DNA from: Amoebidium appalachense
Taxonomy: Eukaryota; Protista; Ichthyosporea
NCBI GenBank assembly: GCA_963693365.1
Contig: CAVNZM010000005.1
Coordinates: forward strand, 9,714,334 to 9,778,333
DNA: 64,000 nt
Direction: 5' to 3'
Below, piece by piece: positions 51,903 to 64,000 of this stretch (positions are counted from its first letter, which is position 1; each line of letters opens with the position of its first letter). The notes under the pieces were generated by a model. That model was not told the origin of the DNA and ran no database searches. It saw only the letters and a list, made by a program, of their open reading frames with translations. The position numbers and the translations under genes were made by a program.

Positions 51903-52507
51903 CTGTAAAAAAAAAGTAAACATATTCCTCTCATCCCAACAACCTTTTTGGAGTATGTGTATGTATGTAGCCTTATGTTGCACTAAATGGGTGTGGTACT
52001 GCAAATGGTGAAAGGCAGTGTATTTTTCGGTACCGTAAAAGGGCAAACAAAAAGGCGACAAAAAGGTATGAATGATGGCACTAGATTTGCTCAGCAATGA
52101 CCAATGCGGATGCAGTTGAAATATTTTCGACAGAGTCACTTTGAATGTAATATATGGAAAGAGCAAACTATAGCAGCTGTAGCTACATAGATATGATTTT
52201 AAAACTGTGTACATATATACACCTGGGGTCCGCACGAAGTCGGTGTAAAATAAAAACCATGATATTCCAATACTTGTGCACTACGTACTATTTTGTCCAA
52301 ATATGATGGGGGTCTTTTGCTGGGCTGGTAGCCACCTAAATTTGGCAGCATTGGACAACGAGTAAGTGAAAAGAAGATAGTCCCAATTGAGTACAAGCTA
52401 ATCAACGTATCCCCCCCCCCCCCCCCCCCCCCTTTTTTTTTTTCCCCCTCTTCACCACTTTCATCTGTTTCTCCTTTTCAACCTCCCTCCCCCCCCTCCC
52501 CCACCCC

Positions 52508-52538
<31 letters not shown>

Positions 52539-52594
52539 AAATAAATAAAATAAAATAAAAAATAAAAAAATCCTTCATCCTCCCTCTCCTCACT

Positions 52595-53365
52595 TCCGAA
52601 CAGAAGATCTCGGGACAAGCCATGCACCCATCCAACGGCGTAGTTAGTGGGAACATGTCGGACTGTGCCAGCACAGGCCATACCATGCTCCTTTGTGTTT
52701 CTCTAATTCCCATAGTTTCCCTCCCTTTCTTGCTTCAGAATTAGGAAGTTTGTATTCTTTATCCTTCTAAAAAACTTTTTTATAGGGGTTTTCTTTGAAC
52801 TTTTTGGAACACTTCAGGCACTATGTAACCCACGTTGCCCCATATGTATGCGTATGGTGAATGTTGGCACTCCGACGGTCCCCGTGGCCTGCTCTTTTTT
52901 TCTTTTTCTTTTTTTTTTTTTTTTTTGGTTTCTTTTTTGGTTGCTTTTTTGTTTGTTTGTTTGTTTGTTTGTTTGTTTGTTTGTTTGTATTTCTTTTTTA
53001 GGTTTTTATCTTGTTTATATTTAAGTGCATCCTGGTCACCAACCACACAAACATGCAAGTACTTGTTCGCTTTTGCCTACGCCTCCTGCCGGGAGCAAGT
53101 GGCACATCGGACTGGCTGAATTTGTAGCGATGTTATCACCTCCAAAAAACCCTTTTGTGATCGTGAAACCGTTTTCCTGAAAGCTTATAAAATTTTACTG
53201 CATTTTTCTGTGGAAATAGTAGTCATGCAGGCAGTGCTGCAGCAAAGATAACTAGGCTAAGCCAGCACGGTGACAAAACCAACCTTTTATGGTTATCCAC
53301 ATGCCATAAATGGCGCGCAAATACGTGGCTAATTTTGATTGGGTAGCAGCTGCCATTATGCTCCT
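52595..53365 (-). CDS. Possible fragments of a GT31/Fringe-like glycosyltransferase
   Basis: Fragments YAYIWGNVGYIVPE, GGKLWELEKH and VPTNYAVGWVHGLSRDLL resemble GT31 ..YASG.GYVLSRDLV. One frame break; no DDD or EDV motif located. Confidence 0.25.
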
Positions 53366-53437
53366 ATGGTGCATCGTGTGCTCGAATAAGGGAAAAGCAA
53401 GGAAGGAGAAGGAGGTGAGAGGGGAAAGTGGAGAATC

Positions 53438-53468
<31 letters not shown>

Positions 53469-53574
53469 GCAGGCCCGGCAGGGTTTGTGTATGTTTGGGG
53501 AGGTGGGGGAAGGAAGGAAAATGGGGGAAAGGGGAGCGCGGGGGGGGGGGGAGGGGAAGCTTCTTAAGGGGAGT

Positions 53575-53623
<49 letters not shown>

Positions 53624-54397
53624 AGGCACAGGGATGACGCTCCGAGATTGAGAGTGATACGTTACGTGACAGACGTGGGCCTGGGAGGGGCTGGGCAGTG
53701 GGATATGGGTGTCTGTACGGGTGTGCGGGCGTACCGGTGGAGGGATGGGGCGGAGTGGGTTGGGCTGGGATATTGGGGGGAGTAGGGGGAGGCCCCCGGG
53801 AGCGGGTGGGAGAGGGGGGAGGGGGGAGGGGAGGGGCGGGCGGGGGGGGGGAGGGGGGGGGGGGGGGGGAGCGGCCTGACTACAGCTGCTCCCTGGGACA
53901 ATTATGGATACTATATATTTATCAGAAGCCTTGCGGCGGCCGATTTGACAGAACGGTGAGAATTGCCGTGCTGGAATAAAGCTGAGAAGATTCACGTGCA
54001 TACAGCCTCCCCGTTAAAATTTACCATACCGTATGACTCGGATCCGGAGTAGATCTTAGAAACGTTAGCTGGTTGCAACTGCTGGTTGCTCGTTTTGCTT
54101 TGGGAAGAATTTGAATTGCTAAGACATATGTGAGGATCCGGATATGCATACGCTTAGGGTAACGAGGGTCTTATGATCACGGCATGTATATATATAAATT
54201 ACTCCCCCCCTCCCCGGGCCTTCCCCCCCCCCACACACACACACCATCCCCAATTGCAACACCCTTGTCCCCTCAGGTGTACTTGGGTCACAGTTGAATT
54301 ACCAGAACGATAGTTCTAGTAATTGTAAAGATATGTGGATGCTCGGCTCCAGATGGCAAGCTTAAGGCTCGACTAAGGGTCTGAATAGGGACGTTTT

Positions 54398-54481
<84 letters not shown>

Positions 54482-54670
54482 ATGGTTTAACCAGATGACA
54501 AGGTGAAGAGAGCTAAAAAGGTGTGTGGAGAAGGAAGAATTGATCATGAGTAAACCAACCCAGATTCTGAGTGCTGATGTGTAAGTCTGCTTAGACCGGG
54601 GCGGGGGGAGGGGGGTGTGGGGGGGAGGGGAGGGAAGGGGGGGAGCTCCAGGGGGGAGGATGGGGCCACT

Positions 54671-54701
<31 letters not shown>

Positions 54702-55258
54702 GGGGGGGGAGGGGGGGGAGGGGGGGGGGGGGGGGGGATGAGTTTCCGAGGGTGTTGGAATGCTGTAGGGAACTTCGAGAAGAGGGCCCGGCCGTATTGA
54801 ATCCAAGACAATTCGAACATGAGCCAACTTAGAACTTTGTTCGAGTCACGGTGTGCGTCTGAATTTTAGAATAAGAAACGGTGAGAAGAGGTTGCTACAT
54901 ATATGGTGCTATGGTGTCTGTAGGAAAAAACTTTATATTTTTTTACTCTAAAGACAGTATGTACAGTAACTGTCTATGAAACTTCTCAGTGCCGGCAGAT
55001 TTTATTACATTTAATCGGGCTATATTTGGGAAATCTATTTGGAGCACTGCCCCTCGTGTGCATGTGTGTTGTAATACTGCATTTTATGTATAGCACGGTT
55101 ACACACTTGACGAGGGGCGCCACAGGCGTGTCCCCGGTGTCTTATATATATACGACAGACTATCAGGATACAGATGTGACCACACCACCGTGTCACACGT
55201 GAAAGCCCGGACAGGAAAGACAGACAAACCTGCTCAACCATACAAATCTATCACTATA

Positions 55259-55295
<37 letters not shown>

Positions 55296-55902
55296 ACACA
55301 CATCCCCCCCCCCCCCCCCCCCCCCGTTCCCCCCCCTCCACCACCTCCCCCCCTCCCCCCCTCCCCCCGTCCCTTCAAAGTGCCCACCCCGCCTGCCTGC
55401 TTACGCACACGGAGAAAGATTTAACTAATTCGCGCGCAAATCATTCAATATTCTAAGCATGTCCATTCATTGTCGTATAAGCACCAATGTCGCCTACATT
55501 ATTCTTTTTATTTTTCATTCGGCACAGAAGCTATACATCTTGGTAATTCAACACAGCGATACGATGTCCTTCGTTCGACGCAAATATCTATGATTATCTC
55601 TGTCGCATAATGCGCCAGACTACTAATGACTAGTCATGCATAGCATCTCGAACCTGACAAAACTATATCATGATCAACAATACGTAGAGCCAGGAACCAC
55701 CTCTATATCATTTCGGCATTACTGCACAGGGATGTACACGAATCCTTACAAAGAATGACATATGGTGTGCAAGCATATACACAAGCGGTCGTAAGGGCAC
55801 AAACACAACACACCCACACCCACACCCACCCACCCACACAGACACGCACCCACCGGCACACCTACCCGCTCACCCACACCCACATCCACTCACACACCCA
55901 CT

Positions 55903-56123
55903 CACACACACATGAGCATTCGTGTACACTGTGTCATTAATTTAAGCTATATGTATTCAACACGTGCCCCATCACATCCTGTAAACCTTTAACCCCCAAA
56001 ACCCACATCCACATCCACACCCACACACACACACATGAGCATTCGTGTACATTGTGTCATTAATTTAAGCTATATGTATTCAACACGTGCCCCATCACAT
56101 CCTATAAACCTTTAACCCCCAAA
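55903..56123. repeat. Tandem duplication (~98-bp core, ~123-bp period) just 3' of FAN1
   Basis: CACACATGAGCATTCGTGTACA..CCTTTAACCCCCAAA x2. Confidence 0.9.
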
Positions 56124-56168
56124 GGAAACTTCTGGTCAAATTTAACCCCAAGAGAAATTTAGAAATTT

Positions 56169-63380
<7,212 letters not shown>

Positions 63381-63387
63381 CTGGAAG

Positions 63388-63610
63388 GGCAGGATGGTCG
63401 GTTAGAAGGGACGAGACGATTTCCAAATATGGTGTTTCTACTGGCAGGATGGTGTTCAGAAAGCCTTGACAAGATCATTAGATTTTTCAAACATGGTGTT
63501 CCCAACGGCAGGATGATGGTGGTTAGAAAGGACGAGATAATTTCCGATTATGGTGTTTCATATGGTAGGATGGTGGCTAGAAAAGATGAGATCGTTTTCA
63601 AATGGTGTTG
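63388..63610. repeat. Degenerate ~55-bp tandem repeat (x4) of the branch-point region of a FAN1 intron
   Basis: GG(C/T)AGGATGGT...AGAAA...GAGA...ATGGTGTT units; the unit nearest the exon supplies CTAAC. Confidence 0.7.
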
Positions 63611-63723
63611 GAAATAAAGATGAGGTCATGTTGGAACGTGACAACTTACACATCCATGGCCGTGTCCATGGGCGTGGGCATGTAACACGGGGACCAAAAA
63701 AAAAAAAAAAAAAAAAAAAAAAG

Positions 63724-63822
<99 letters not shown>

Positions 63823-64000
63823 CGTGCGTGTGCGTGCGTGTGTGCGTGTGTGCGTGCGTGCGTGTGTTTGGGGGGGGGGGGGGGGGGGGGGGGGGGGAGA
63901 GGGGGGGGGGGGGGGGAGAGAGAGAGAGAGAGAGAAAAGGGAAGGGGAGAAACATGAGGCGGATATGCCAAGGGGGAAAAAAAAACTCAAATTGGGGTCG

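Overview
Eukaryotic, intron-rich genomic DNA saturated with (CA/GT)n, poly-G/C and (GA)n tracts. It is possibly a unicellular holozoan, an inference from C1-only proteins and pTyr-type motifs. Nearly all ORF-track entries are microsatellite artefacts. Genes reconstructed by hand with phase-consistent GT-AG splicing are: a GT14 (core-2/I-branching) glycosyltransferase plus an orphan duplicate of its last exon; a >=15-exon, ~1850-aa minus-strand gene (DUF2015-like, Pro/Tyr-motif-rich region, two MSP domains, coiled coil); a head-to-head pair of tandem-C1-domain paralogs; and the 3' part of FAN1, whose intron holds a tRNA-Ser(GCT) and a tandem array of B-box/T-arm copies. The most unusual signals are non-coding. 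(1) A multi-copy, variably 5'-truncated element sits in poly-G/C tracts and carries a covarying, pseudoknot-like RNA structure with conserved CUGANGA and GAAAC motifs. (2) A 99-148 bp element has 9-bp TSDs, an internal poly-A and two terminal hairpins related by compensatory changes. (3) Splice acceptors are built from (CA)n, some introns have mirrored GT/G and C/CA ends, and splice signals are repeatedly duplicated. Several frameshifts are single extra bases in short homopolymers and are probably assembly errors.
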